Shown here piece after piece: positions 36,163 through 48,880 of a stretch of 64,000 nt of DNA. This DNA comes from Squalus acanthias (taxonomy: Eukaryota): the NCBI GenBank assembly GCA_030390025.1, contig JASTWF010000036.1, positions 2,668,001-2,732,000 of the forward strand, read 5' to 3'. A program made the position numbers and the translations under genes. Each line of letters starts with the position of its first letter. Position 1 is the stretch's first letter. The notes under the pieces were generated by a model that saw only the letters and a list, made by a program, of their open reading frames with translations, was not told where the DNA came from and ran no database searches.

Positions 36163-37019
36163 TGTAGAATCTGAAAAAATGTTGGAGGTGGTGCAGCATC
36201 GACAAAAATCCAGTGGAGTGAGCCAAGGCAGCAAGCAGCCCTTAAATGAGGCTGGATAAGTGACGTCAGCAGAGGCGAGTTTCAGTCCCAAAACACTAAT
36301 TGGTCAAGGGCAACCCACACCTCTGAAATCAACTGGCCAATTAGGGGAAAATTGCAATTTTTCCCACCTCTCAGTGGAGGCGAGTTTGGAACCCATCCAA
36401 ACCGAAACCCGCCTCCATTGGGAAAATCACCCCCACTGAGTTGTCTAATCTTATACGCTATGTACATTAACTCTTCACCTAAATTTCTCAAGTAAATAAA
36501 TATTTACTGATAAGGGAGTGAATGTTCTGCAACAAGGTTTCTGGGATTAATGTCCAGCTTGCTCAGTGTCCAGCCAAATCCCTTTCTGGTTGCAAGGTTA
36601 AGGTGCCATACAGGGCAAAATACCTCAAATTATCCCTCAAATGAGCTGAAAATGAACATATAAACAACATTATATATAGAACTTTGAACTGGCACCCTCA
36701 GAAAATCCTAGAATAGTGGTGGCCAGTGGGATCTTGTGAGCTGCAGGCAGCTCTCCTGTGGTTGAAGTGTCTCTTGAGTGTTTTGTTCAGCCCTGATTAA
36801 TTTTACTAAATTAAGGATAAGGGAGTTAGAGGGGTTATTTTTGTTCTAAATTCTTGTGTAGCCAATTAATAATGGGGAAGGAGGGAAGCTACTACACTCA
36901 CGCAGTGCTCAGCCACTGGAGCAAATGAGAAGTGACATTGCCACTACTATTGCCAGGCCTTGCAGCAGAATGCAATCCAGAAATTGTTACCAGCAGTGGA
37001 GAGGTCAGTTGGGTTTATA

Positions 37020-37400
37020 GAATAGAGGGAGAAATAAGAAAGGGGGAGGGGAGGGCAAGACACATTCAGTGAGGTGAGAGAAAAGAGAGTGCGCATAAGA
37101 GAGAGAGGTAGGGAGTGCATGTGAGAGAGAGCTAGAGAAAGGGTAGGAGGACACGAAACAGAGAAAATGTACAAGAAACAGCACATACGGCAAAACAGAA
37201 TGAGCAGGTACGTCACAGCAAAAGAGAAAAAAAGGAGAGAAAGAGAGCAGAATGCAAAAGAGAGCATGTGAGAAAGAGCAAAAAAAAAGAGGAAAATAGA
37301 GTACGGGAGAAAGTAGAGAGCACGATGGAGAGAAAAGAGCATGAAGAAAGGAACAGAAAAAACCGCGTGAGAGAGACAGTAAAAAGGAGAGAAAGGAGCT
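37020..37400 (+). repeat. GA/A-rich low-complexity tract
   Basis: Degenerate (GA)n and GAAA repeats. The ORFs over it reflect composition only. Confidence 0.7.
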
Positions 37401-37499
37401 CAAAATGGGAATTACAATATTTGTCAGCCTTTGCCAAGGCTTCTGCAGGTATGGCCTTGGGATGAAGTGCCAGACAAAAATAAAATGAAAGGATACCCA

Positions 37500-38050
37500 A
37501 TGTGGAGGCACAGCACCCGAGCCCCTGTTTGAAGGCTGACTAAGTGAATGTGCTGCACACAAGATGGGTGCAGGGAGGGTTTGCCCAGTTTGGCACTCCA
37601 GACGCCCTCACCAGAGGACATCAGTGCACCTTGCCTGTGGTAGCCCGGTCAACAGTTTGTACACTACATGCATGTCATCTACAATGCTCTGCACTCTCGG
37701 GAACCTTGCCACCCAGTGAAGCTCTGTGCCTTGTCCATTGGCTCATTTCCACAGGGAAAGCGATGAACCCTTGTAAACAAGGACTCAGCCACCTGCTTGA
37801 TGCATCAGTGGACAGCTGACTGATTTGACATACATCAGCAATGGTGGCTTGGAAGGATCCAATGGCATAGAAAGTAAATGCAGTTGTAACCTTAACCCCC
37901 TACAGAAATAGCCATCCCTGTGCTACAAATTGTCTATACGTATGCCTGCAGGAGATGGCATAGCTACGTGGCAGGCTCCTTTGTGAAATGGATGCACCAA
38001 TGACTGTCATACACAGAAAGGACTATCTGCGCCAGTAAATGCAGATCCTG
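37500..38050 (-). pseudogene. Old degenerate Harbinger transposase remnant
   Basis: Minus strand VKVTTAFTFYAIGSFQATIADVCQISQ...CIKQVAESLF...RFPRVQSIVDDMHV aligns by eye to the transposases at 17815 and 33152. Confidence 0.7.
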
Positions 38051-39626
38051 GGTTAAGGATAGATGCAGACATCATAGATAAGGTACAGGTGCATTTGCAT
38101 TTCATGTCCCTGCAAGAGCTCCTCTTCCTCTTCTCTGGAAACCCCATGCTCATTTTGGTTTTTCTTCACCGCAAAATGTGCACACTGCGAATTAGGTGCA
38201 CCAACGGAGCCTCACAACTTTAAGGCTTATATTTAACACTCCTTCTCTGCCAGGTTCCAGTTTCTTTTTCTGGCTCTTCAGCTTTGAAAGGTTTGCCTTG
38301 GCCACCCCCGATCTAATCAGAATATCCTGTGTGATTCCTCAGAAACTGCATTTGTCCTCAAGACGTGGCACTAGCACCATCTAATGACACAGAAGGTAAA
38401 CTCATACTTGTGGATGGAATCATTTCCATTCCCACTATCATTTCTGGAGATGGGATTTTTCATACAGCGCTGACGAGGGAGAACTATGACCATTGTTTCT
38501 GCCATTATAATTGTGCTTCAACATCCTTGTTGCATTCTTAAAGAAGGCCAATATTTTATCAAAATTGTTGAATGTTAAATTCATTTTTTTCCTTTGGTGT
38601 CCCTCCAGAGTTGCTATGGGATATTCAGCAATGTGTCAAACAGACGTACGCAAGCCCTTCGATGGAAGAACAGTGGTGTGCACTGCAAATTATCATCGAG
38701 TTGGGGGCTGTATCAGTGGCAACTGCAGTGGTGACCTCAATAATGCAGGCGAAAGACACAGTTGGAGCCTCTCTCATGAATGCTCCCACTGCTGGTGTCG
38801 ATGCTTTTGGGTCAATATGCAAGAAGCAGTCATGGATGGTTCAGCACTGCCTCGGACAAGCCTTAAACACATTCTTTAGACTTCGCAGAGACCCAGTGTT
38901 GGGTGCACAAACAAATCTTTGAGCCTCACAAGGAAATGATTCTCATGTGCGGAGAAACACAGGAGGTGCTGATAGTGGTCTTGGCAGCAGCTTGGTGCCA
39001 GCACCTTACATGGACAACTATCTGTGGGCAGCACCTCAAAGTACTGAGCCCCCTGTGACTACCTCAAACGACTTTCACGAGATAGTTGCACATGCGGGAA
39101 AGTTAGTTCTGCTTCCAATGCCCACTGCTACACCTTCGGTAGTTCATTCAAGAAAATTAGATGTGAAAGCACACAAATCACAAGGAAAAGCACAGTAGGA
39201 AAACTAGATGAATATTCACTGTAAAAGCACTGGCAATATAAACTATAATAGCACTTGCACTCCTACATCACAGGAACTAATTCACTAAATGAAGTTATGC
39301 CAATTGTAATATATGTTGTAGTCTTGTCAAAAGCACCTAACTGGCCATAAGAAAGTAGTTAAGCCCAACTTGTTCGGAAAAGTAAATTGCATTGCTGTAA
39401 ATATGTCGAATTACCTTTTATGGTAGACAACTGCAGAGCCTAGCAGGAAGTATTTGCACTGACACCATTCAGCAGAGGTTCACTGCAAAGACACACTTTC
39501 ACAGTAATTTGCAGAAATTCTGTTGCCCGTCCTCTGCAATACTTACAGGTCTGATGTGAGTAAACAGCTAAGTTTCCTTTACTAGCCTAAGCTGAGGAAA
39601 GCTCTGTGTTTGCAAACAGATTGGTT

Positions 39627-40305
39627 AACAACAACAACTTGTATTTATCTAGCGCCTTTAACGTAGTAAAACGTCCCAAGGTGCTGCACAGGAGCGTTAT
39701 TAAACAAAATTTGACTCCGATCCACATAAGGAGATATTAGGGCAGGTGACCAAAAGCTTGGTCAAAGAGGTAGGTTTTAAGGAGCGTATTAAAGGTGGAG
39801 AGAGAGGTAGAGAGGCGGAGAGGTTTAGGGAGGGAATTCCAGAGCTTAGGGCCTAGGCAACAGAAGGCACGGCCACCAATGGTGGAGCGATTATAATCAG
39901 GGATACGCAAGAGGCCAGAATTGGAGGAGCGCAGATATCTCGGGGGGGTTGTGGGGCTGGAGGAGGTTACAGAGATAGGGAGGGGCGAGGCCATGAAGGG
40001 ATTTGAAAACAAGGATGAGAATTTTGAAATCGAGGCGATGCTTAACCAGGAGCCAATGTAGGTCAGCGAGCACAGGGCGGGCGATGGGCGAACGGGACTT
40101 GGTGCGAGTTAGGACACGGGCAGCCGAGTTTTGGATGACCTCAAGTTTACGAAGGGTGGAATGTGGGAGGCCAGCCAGGAGTGCGTTGGAATAGTCAAGT
40201 CTAGAGGTAACAAAGGCATGGATGAGGGTTTCAGCAGCGGATGAGCTGAGGCAAGGGCGGAGACGGGCGATGTTACGGAGGTGGAAATAGGCGGTCTTAG
40301 TTATG
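39627..40305 (-). mobile_element. L2 3' fragment
   Basis: Closely matches 10264-10927, with the (CAA)n tail at 39627. Confidence 0.9.
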
Positions 40306-40456
40306 GATAGAGACTGCCCAAGACGAACGAGGCAAACTTTCTTTTGGTCTTATGTTCAATAACACTTTTAAGCAAGGGAAGAAAACAGGAAGCACTGGTT
40401 AATAACAGAAGAAAGATCGCTTGAAAATAAAATTATGGGCCAATTTAGGATACTTA

Positions 40457-41344
40457 GGTCGGAATTTTATCTTGGAGGCGGGTAGGGAGCTGGAATGTGG
40501 ATGGGAAACCTGGGAGAACGGATTTCCCTCAGACGCTGCCAAATTTAACAGCAGGGCCTGACTTAAATTTTTTAAAATCTGTTTCCTGCCTGCAGCCAGC
40601 CAGATTGAGAGGCTGGCTGGCTGGCTGGCAGGTGGGTAGGCCTGGGGAACAGAGAGGAGGAAGGCCAGGATCGTTGGATGGGTTGGTGGTCGGAAGGCCA
40701 GATGGGGGGTGTCGGAGATCGGTCCGAGGAGGGCAGAAACGGAGGTGGAGATTGGAGGCCGGGGGCGGGGGGGGGGGGGGGGGGGGGGGGGGAAAGAGAG
40801 AAAGAAGAGATTGGAAGGGTCAGAGGCAATTGCCCGTTCATTTTTTTTGATGCGCAGCCCCTTTAAGGGGCTGCGCAGCCCATTCAAAATACGACGCATG
40901 CGTGGTTTTCCCCACTGAAAAGCCGGTGCACCGGCTGCGTGGGAGATCCAGAGAACAGCGCGGCCGCGTGGCTTAAAGAGAACATTGGTCAGGGGGTATC
41001 CGATCACGGGGGGGGGGGGGCGCGGCAGGTACGCTGGATCCAGCAGGTGAGTGGATAGGCACTTACCTCCTGGATCCTGCAGTCCTCACCTTTCTTTAGC
41101 TGCCCGGTTCCCCGTGGGCCGGGAAACCCGGCCACCCAGAGTTAAATCTAAAATGGTGCTTCAAAATGAGGCATGCAGCCTCATTATAATATTTCAAGTG
41201 CCAACCTGCCTCCTGCGAGCGGGTTGGCTGCCCGCCCCCGTCCAAACCAGAAGTGGGCGGGTTGGGGTCGGAATTCAGATTTTTAACACTTTAACCTCCC
41301 ACCCGACCCCAAGCCGCCTGTTTTTTGGGGTTAAAATTCCCCCC
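40457..41344. mobile_element. Harbinger-type MITE with a nested hAT MITE
   Basis: Ends GGTCGGAATTTTA / TAAAATTCCCCCC and subterminal GGCGGG/CCCGCC motifs. The exact boundary is uncertain by about 1 nt. Confidence 0.6.
40827..40987. mobile_element. hAT MITE (GAACATTG family)
   Basis: Right TIR AGAGAACATTG, degenerate left end starting CAAT, and TSD GTCAGAGG / GTCAGGGG (7/8). Confidence 0.65.
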
Positions 41345-42161
41345 CTTCGGGTTTGAAATTGTGCTGCAAGATATCAGTAACAAATGTGTTAATACATTTG
41401 AATGAAACTCTGCGTGATCATAACAAAGGAAATGCTGCTAAAACAAACTGGTTAATGCCTTGATTAAACTATTGGATAAAGGAATTTCATGGTTATATAC
41501 ATAACACAGCATAATTTCAACTCCTTAATTTGTCACTTTTAAAAAATGGCACCCTCAAATTTAACTCTTCAAAAAATATTGTCATAGTACAGAAATTCCA
41601 CTGGGTGGTGACAAAGCATACAAAATGTTCCCTATATGCAACATTGGGCACCTGAACAGTCTGGAGATGAAGCAATCGCAAGAAGACAAAACAAGATTTT
41701 GTCTTTCAATCTCCCCTGGTATATTGGATGATTATATTCAGTTGGTATGAAGCCTGAATGAGGACTGCAAACTGGTTATGTCTCGGTTTACACTCAAATT
41801 GAAATTATAAAATGACGTACATTTATATAGTTCCTCATCGTGTGTCTCAGAAATCTCTCCAAGAACGTCAAATTAATTAAATTACTTTCAAACCGTTAAG
41901 CTAAATGTAGCAACCAATTTACACACTTAAAGTCTCAGCAATGAGGCAAATTACCAGTTAATCCATGTTAGTTTGTTACCACGTGCAGCACCATTTGCTG
42001 CTCGAATACAGCAATTTTGTATTAAAAATCTAGGAGGCTGTAAAAAAATCTCAGATTTCTGTCAATAAACTGTTTGTCCTATTCGTTATTTGTTGAATCA
42101 GAGTTGTTGGAGCATTGTGCTGGATTACAGGAAATCTCTGACTTACTTATTAGCTCTCCTT

Positions 42162-42954
42162 GGGGGAAAAATTCAGTTGGTTAGCGCCTCCAGTTAGCGC
42201 CTCTGGGGGGGCGCTAGGAACTTAGCGCCCAAGCGTGGCGATTTTAGCGCCCGAGCGAAATTGACCAGTCATTTTGCGGCAGCGCTAAACACTACCGCCA
42301 CGATCTCCTGCTCCCGCAGATCGTGACGTCAGTCAAGCGTGCAATGCCGCGGTAGTGCCCCGGACCGGACATTGAGTCGTGCCCCCTGCCTTAGCGCCTG
42401 CCGCTAGGAACGACAGGTAGAGGGGAACATTTTCAAGTCGGGAAGCGGCTGGGGGAGCGCTATTTAAAGGCGGGCGCTTCCTGCCTTTTCTTGTCGGCAA
42501 AATTTTTGGTTTTAACGCTGTCCTGAGGAGTTTTGGTCCTCAGCACCACTTTTGAGGTTCCTAAGTGCCGAGCTCTTTCCCTGGGCCTATCCATTAGTGC
42601 TTCCAACACAATTGCTTTCGAGGTCTCTCCAGGCCGAGATTCAAGGCTGCAATGAGCAGGGTGTGGCTGGCCAGCAAGATGGCCCCTCCCCTTTAAGAAC
42701 TGGACGGCGCCAGTGTGTCTGGCTTCCATGGTAACGGACATCGCCTGAGCTTCGGTAGCGTTCTGAGGTAGCGCCTCACTCCCTGACGTTTGCGCCTTAA
42801 GAGAGGTGTGCAGCGCCTGAGTTAGCGCTCAAATCACCTCTAGGGGTGATTGAGGCGAATTTTGCAGTCGGAGGCGATAATTAGCGCCGGGCGCTAAACT
42901 TTGCGCCCGGCCGATATTAGCGCCCCAAAATGGGCGATACCGAATTTTTCCCCC
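42162..42954. mobile_element. Harbinger-type (Tourist-like) MITE, 793 bp
   Basis: TIRs GGGGGAAAAATTCAGT / ACCGAATTTTTCCCCC (15/16), flanks CTT / CTA. Dense subterminal (T)AGCGCC repeats at both ends. Confidence 0.82.
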
Positions 42955-44536
42955 CTAATCTCTGGGGTCAAAGATCTGTCCTTATATCATTCATCAAATA
43001 AGGCAAATATATTTACTGCAAAAGATTGCAGCAAGTGTGGCTAAATCTAACATATCAATTTCAATTATTTAACAAGGTTGATGGCACGCAGGAAGGCTGC
43101 TCAGTACCAGCATTCCCGCCTCACTTCTCTCCTGAAAGCACCGACTCTTGCTGGGGTACAAGTTCCACATGCACTGGTAACCTTCCAGTACATCATTGAA
43201 GTGGCCATTCTTCATGTGAACCTAGACAGGCTATTTGACTGCGGCAGACATAACAGCCAAGCCTGATCTGTCCTTACCCACATCCATTGTTACAAATTTC
43301 AGGTCTGCCTTAGATATTCTCTCAGGTTAGTGTCACTGGTTCTCTCCTGTAAGCAGCCCCACATCAATCATGATCAAGAGTTTAATTTCACTACCCAATA
43401 TCTAGATGCATGGTAGTGTAACAATGAGACTTCCTTGTTATATGAACTGTGTAGTGTAATCCTTGCATGTGTCCTGCTGTTTTCAGAATGAATACTGTTA
43501 TCTCAACACGATGAGCCTGGATAGCAGAAATGGTTGAATAACCTGCCCCCCAACCCCCCTCCATTGTGCCATATGGTTAAGGAGAACAGATTCAACGGTT
43601 AGCTTCACCACACCTTTTTCACTCCAGTCCGAGCTGTAAACTGGAGTTTAACCCTGTGATCTTGTTTTAATTCCAAAGGCGACACTTAAATGTAAATCAT
43701 GCGCAGATCCTTCACATGGAAAAGTGGTCGAAAATCCTGGAATGCAACAGCAACACACCTGCACTTTCCAGCAGGGGTCACTAGATTCAGATCAGGAGTA
43801 GCAATCCTCTCTAGCCCTGGGGCACTGAGGCTAATTGCGGCATCCACATTACCACTCTGGCTAATTCAGCAGAGACTAGGAAATTGAAATTGGGACCTTC
43901 CTGCTCTGTACAGCAACACACTAGGTGCTGCATTTAGCTATTAAGCATGGGTCTCCTTCCTCACCTTTCTTCTCCCCCTCACTCCTGGCGTCATGCCATG
44001 ACCAAGAGGATAAATGGCCAAACTACTCCCATCCCTATGTTAAACTTACCCTTCACAAACCTGTGCCCCTCTTGTCCTCCAGCCCTGGTATATCTGACAG
44101 TATACACCAGGGCCGAGAGGGGCACAGATTGGGAGTAGTTTGGCCATTTATTCCCACGGTGCTCGAGTATAATCCACTGGAGCTTTCCCAGTCTTCAAAA
44201 ATCATCATAATTAACCCAACATATTGAGTTCAACTGCAATGTAAGTGCTAACTATCGAGGCCTGTTGCAGTAAATTACTCAAAAAAGTGTGTCTCATCTG
44301 TTTCTCATTGTGGAATGTTTTCACTTTAAAGTTACAGCAGATTTACTAAGTGTTTATTCAAGAACTTGCAAAGCTTTTTTTTTTAAATAGATACACTTCA
44401 GGATCAGTTAGAACTTGTACAGAATGTGGTAGCACATATTTGGCTTGAACCATGGTAAAATATATAATCAGAAGGGACAGAATATTTCCTTCATCAAAAT
44501 GGACAATGTGCAGGTATGTGAGTATTTTGCTTAAAG

Positions 44537-44728
44537 TTTTATTATTCGTTCCTGGGATGTGGGCGTCGCTGGCAAGGCCAGCATTTATTGCCCATCCCTA
44601 GTTGCCCTTGAGAAGGTGGTGGTGAGCCGCCTTCTTGAACCGCTGCAGTCCGTGTGGTGAAGGTGCTCCCACAGTGCTGTTAGGGAGGGAGTTCCAGGAT
44701 TTTGACCCAGCAACGATGAAGGAACGGC
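44537..44728 (-). mobile_element. Family B non-LTR retrotransposon 3' fragment
   Basis: Matches 20690-20875. Confidence 0.8.
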
Positions 44729-44889
44729 AATAATATTGGTGATTATTGTAGGGGCAGGACATTCGTTTCTTTCTTCCAATTTTCTCCGAGAATGTTCGGC
44801 TATGGTTCCATCAGCACCGGTAATCCTTCCTCTCCGGTAGCTCATTTAAATGTCCATTCTTTACGCATGAGCTGAGAGAGGGAGTGTTG

Positions 44890-45172
44890 CTGGCTACTTG
44901 ACTGAGGCCGTCACAGCTGAGCCCAATGCCATCGACAAAAGCACACTTTTCAGCAGCAGTCACTGGATAGCAACCAAGAGCAGCAATCCTAGCTGGTTTT
45001 CCCCCATCCCCTCTAACCCAAGGCTATTGGGGCCAATCGTAGCACCCAACTACAGCCAGCTGAGGTCAGCCAATTCAGCACAGACCAGGAAGTGAACCTG
45101 GGATCATATTGGTCTTTATGGTTAACATACCACTCAGCAAAATGCATTTACCTACTCAGCTATTGAGGGAGT
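44890..45172 (-). mobile_element. Old tRNA-derived SINE (AmnSINE2-like); related pieces near 2060-2140, 26900-27090, 29900-30110 and 43750-43950
   Basis: Minus-strand head ...AGCTGAGTAGGTAAATGC...CCCAGGTTCACTTCCTGGTCTGTGCTGAATTGGCTGACCTCAGC...GGTGCTACGATTGGCC, which recurs in degraded form elsewhere. The family name is from recall. Confidence 0.5.
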
Positions 45173-45740
45173 TAGGGGGAAATACCTTCCATATACCTTT
45201 TACTTTTGGTTATTCTATCAAAGCCACTTCACCCAAAATCTCTGGGTTGGGAAGAAAAATCTACCTTCTGATACCCTGCTACAGTCTCATGGAGAGCAGA
45301 CATTTCAGGTTTGACAGTCACTGGAGGGAATTTCAACCGACAGGGTCAGGCTCTGTCCATGAGTGGTTCCATTAATTCAGCTGGAACCAGTATGGTTCTT
45401 CATCTGGATACAGATTAGAGCGGAGGTTTGTGATTTTTATGTCTTCTCGACCTTCACCTCTAATGCCACGTGCTGAGAAGCTTACAGACTTTTTTGTTAT
45501 AAAGATCAAGACTCTCTGTACAGATGCCAGTCCCCAACGCCTCAAATTTAAAATTCTCATCCTCATGTTTAAATCCTTCATTGCCTTGCTGCTCCCTACC
45601 TCTTCCAGCTCTATAACCCCGCTTCTAACTTTCCATTTGCAGCCATACCTGCAACCCCATAGGTCCCTATGGTCCACAATTCCCTCCTAATAGCATCCAT
45701 TTTTTATTTTAATTATGCCTCTGTGAAGCACCTTGGGATG

Positions 45741-48700
45741 AATCATAGAATCACAGAAATTTACAGCACAGAAGGAGGCCATTCGGCCCATTGTGTCCGT
45801 GCCAGCTGAAAGAGCTCTCCAGCCTAATCCCACTTTCCAGCTCTTGGTCTGTAGCCTACGGCACTTCAAGTGCATATTCAAGTACTTTTTAAATGTGATA
45901 GGGGGTCTCTGCCTCTACCACCCTTTCAGGCAGTGAGTTCCAGACCCCCACCACCCTCTGGGTGAAAACATTTCTCCTCAAATCCCCTCTAAACCTCCTA
46001 CCAATTACTTTAAATCTGTGCCCCCTGGTTATCGACCCCTCTGCTAAGGGAAATAGGTCCTTCCTATCCACTCTATCTAGGCCCCTCATAATTTTATACA
46101 CCTCAATTAGGTCTCCCCTCAGCCTCCTCTGTTCCAAAGAAAACAACCCCAGCCTATCCAATCTTTCCTCATAGCTAAAATTCCCCAGCCCAGGCAACAT
46201 CCTCGTAAATCTCCTCTGCACCCCCTCTCGTTCAATCACATCCTTCCTGTAATGTGGTGACTAGAACTGCACGCAGTATTCTAGCTGCGACTGAACTAGT
46301 GTTTTATACAGTTCAAGCATAACCTCCCTGCTCTTATATTCTATGCCTCGGCTAATAAAGGCAAGTATCCCGTATGCCTTCTTAACCACCTTATCTACCT
46401 GTCCTGTTACCTTCAGGGATCTGTGGACATGCACTCCAAGGTCCCTCTAATCCTCTGCACTTCTCAGTGTCCTACCATTTATTGTGTATTCCCTTGCCTT
46501 GTTAGCCCTCCCCAAATGCATTACCTCACACTTCTCCAGATTGAATTTCATTTGCCACTGTTTTGACCAGTCCATTGATATCTTCCTGCAGTCTACAGCT
46601 TTCTTCTTCATTATCAACCACATGGCCAATTTTTGTATCATCTGCAAATTTCTTAATCATACTTCCTACATTCAAGTCCAAATCATTGATATATACCACA
46701 AAAAGCAAAGGACCCAGTACTGAGCCCTTGCGGAATCCCACTGGAAACAGCCTTCCAGTCACAAAAACACCCTTCGACCTTTACCCTTTGTTTCCTGCCT
46801 CTGAGCCAATTTTGGATCCAACTTGCCACTTTGCCCTGGATCCCAAGGACTTTTACTTTCGTGACCAGTCTGTCATGCGGGACCTTATCAAAAGCCTTGA
46901 TAAAATCCATATAGACTACATCAAATGCACTACCCTCATCTACCCTCCTTGTTACCTCCTCCAAAAATTCAATCAAGTTAATCAGACACGACCTTCCCTT
47001 CACAAATCCATGCTGACTGTTCCTGATTAATCCGTGTCTTTCTAAATGAAGATTTATCCTGTCCCTCAGAACTTTTTCCAATAATTTTCCCACCACCGAG
47101 TTTAGGCTGACTGGCCTGTAATCACTCGGTCTATCCCTTTCTCCCTTTTTAAACAACAATACCACATTAGCAGTCCTCCAGTCCTCCGGCACCACACCTG
47201 TAGCCAGAGAGGATTGGAAAATGATAGTCAGAGCCTCTGCTATTTCCTCTCTTACTTCTCTGAACAGTCTGGGATACATTTCATCCAGGCCTGGGGATTT
47301 ATCCACTTTCAAAGATGCTAAACCCCTTAATACTTTCTCTTTCACTATGCTTACATTCCTCCTCCCTGATTGCAATTTCTGCATCGTCCCTCACTTTTGT
47401 ATTCATTAAGAACCATACCCATGTCTTCCGCCTCCACACACAGGTTACCTTTATGGTCCCTAATAGGCCCTACTCTTACTTTAGTTATCCTCTTGCTCTT
47501 AATGTATTTATAAAACATCTTGGGGTTTTCCTTGATTTTACTTGCCAATATTTTTTCATGCCCTCTCTTTGCTTTCCTAATTTCCTTTTTAATTTAACCC
47601 CTGCACTTTCTATACTCCTTTAGGCTTTCTGCAGTATTGAGTCCTCGGTATCTGTCATAAGCTTCCTTTTTTTTCTTTATCCTTCCCTGTATGCCCCTTA
47701 ACATCCAGGGAGCTCTAGATCTATTAGTCCCACCCTTTTTCTTTAAGGGCACATGTTTGCTCTGAACCCTCACTATCTCCTCCTTGAATGCCTCCCACTG
47801 CTCTGACACTGATTTACCTTCAAGTTTCTGTCTCCAGTCCACTTTGGCTAAATCACATCTCAGCCTTGTAAAATTAGCTTTTCCCCAATTGAGAACTTTT
47901 ATTCCTGGTCTATCCTTGTCCTTTTCCATAACTACGCTAAATCTAACTGAATTATAGTCACTACCACCAATATGCTCTCCCACTGATACCCTTTCCACCT
48001 GCCCAGCTTCAGTCCCTAAAACTAGGTCAAGAACCGCCCCCTCTCTTGTTGGGTTTGCTACGTACTGGCATGCATTTTATGAATTCTACTCCCTCTATAC
48101 CTTTCACACTAATTTTATCGCAGTTAATATTAGGGAAGTTGAGATCCCCTACTATTACTGCCCTATTTTTGCATGTCTCAGAAATGTGCCTACATATTTG
48201 CTCTTCTATCTCCCTCTGATTGTTTGGGGGTCTATAGTACACTCCCAGCAGTGTGATTGCCCCTTTTTTGCTTTTCAGTTCAACACATATGGCCTCATTG
48301 GATGATCCTTCTAAGCTATCATCCCTCTTCACAGCTGTAATTGATTCTTTAATCAATATTGCGACTCCCCCTCCTTTTTTATCCCCCTCTCTATCTTGTC
48401 TGAAAAATCTGTAACCAGGAATGTTGAGCTGCCATTCCTGCCCTTCTTTCAGCCATGTCTCAGTAATAGCTATAATATCATACTCCCACGTGTCTATCTA
48501 TGCCCTCAGCTCATTTGCTTTATTCCCTAGACTCCTTGCGTTGAAGTATATACCATTTTGCACTGCCAAACTCCCTTGTTGTCTATTTTCGAGCCTTTGT
48601 TTCCTCTGCCTTCCAAACTCGCTTACTAATTTTCTGCCTTCCATTTCCAGCTTTGCTTCTCTCCCTTCTGAATCTACTCTCAGGTTCCCATCCCACTGCC

Positions 48701-48880
48701 AAGCTAGTTTAAACCCTCCCCAACAGCACTAGCAAACCCCGCCACGAGGATATTGGTCCCAGTCCTGTTGAGGTGCAACCCGTCCGGCTTGTACAGGTCC
48801 CTCCTCCCCCAGAAACGGTCCCAATGCCTCAGGAATCTAAAGCCCTCCCTCCTGCACCATCTCTCCAGCCACGCATTCAT
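45741..48880 (-). mobile_element. Long CR1 LINE (end of ORF1 plus most of ORF2), frameshifted
   Basis: ORF1 esterase-like DGLHLN near 48770-48800. APE motifs GVYYRPP and VGDLNFP. RT motifs DKSPGLD, QHGFVKGRSCL, FADDTK. 3' tail near 45745-45800. Confidence 0.92.

Larger units (their letters stand above)
32646..36434. mobile_element. Full-length PIF/Harbinger DNA transposon, copy 2 (3789 bp)
   Basis: TIRs GGGGGCGATTTTCCCA / TGGGAAAATCACCCCC (15/16). TSD ACT at 32643-32645 and 36435-36437. Transposase (+) and Myb gene (-) are convergent. Confidence 0.93.

Noticed and set aside
36947..37562. Hydrophobic ORFs resembling membrane proteins
   Set aside because: They are translations of the complement of a GA-rich low-complexity tract.
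38511..39198. Overlapping 80-120-aa ORFs, possibly a Myb-gene relic beside the degenerate transposase
   Set aside because: No recognisable motif, and the orientation does not match the convergent layout of the full-length elements.
40399..41007. 202-aa proline-rich ORF
   Set aside because: It arises from a poly-G run and GC-rich nested MITEs.
42162..42954. CRISPR-like or CpG-island promoter reading of the AGCGCC repeats
   Set aside because: The repeats are 6-8 bp and irregularly spaced, bounded by TIRs, and duplicated at 14204-14481, which fits a MITE.
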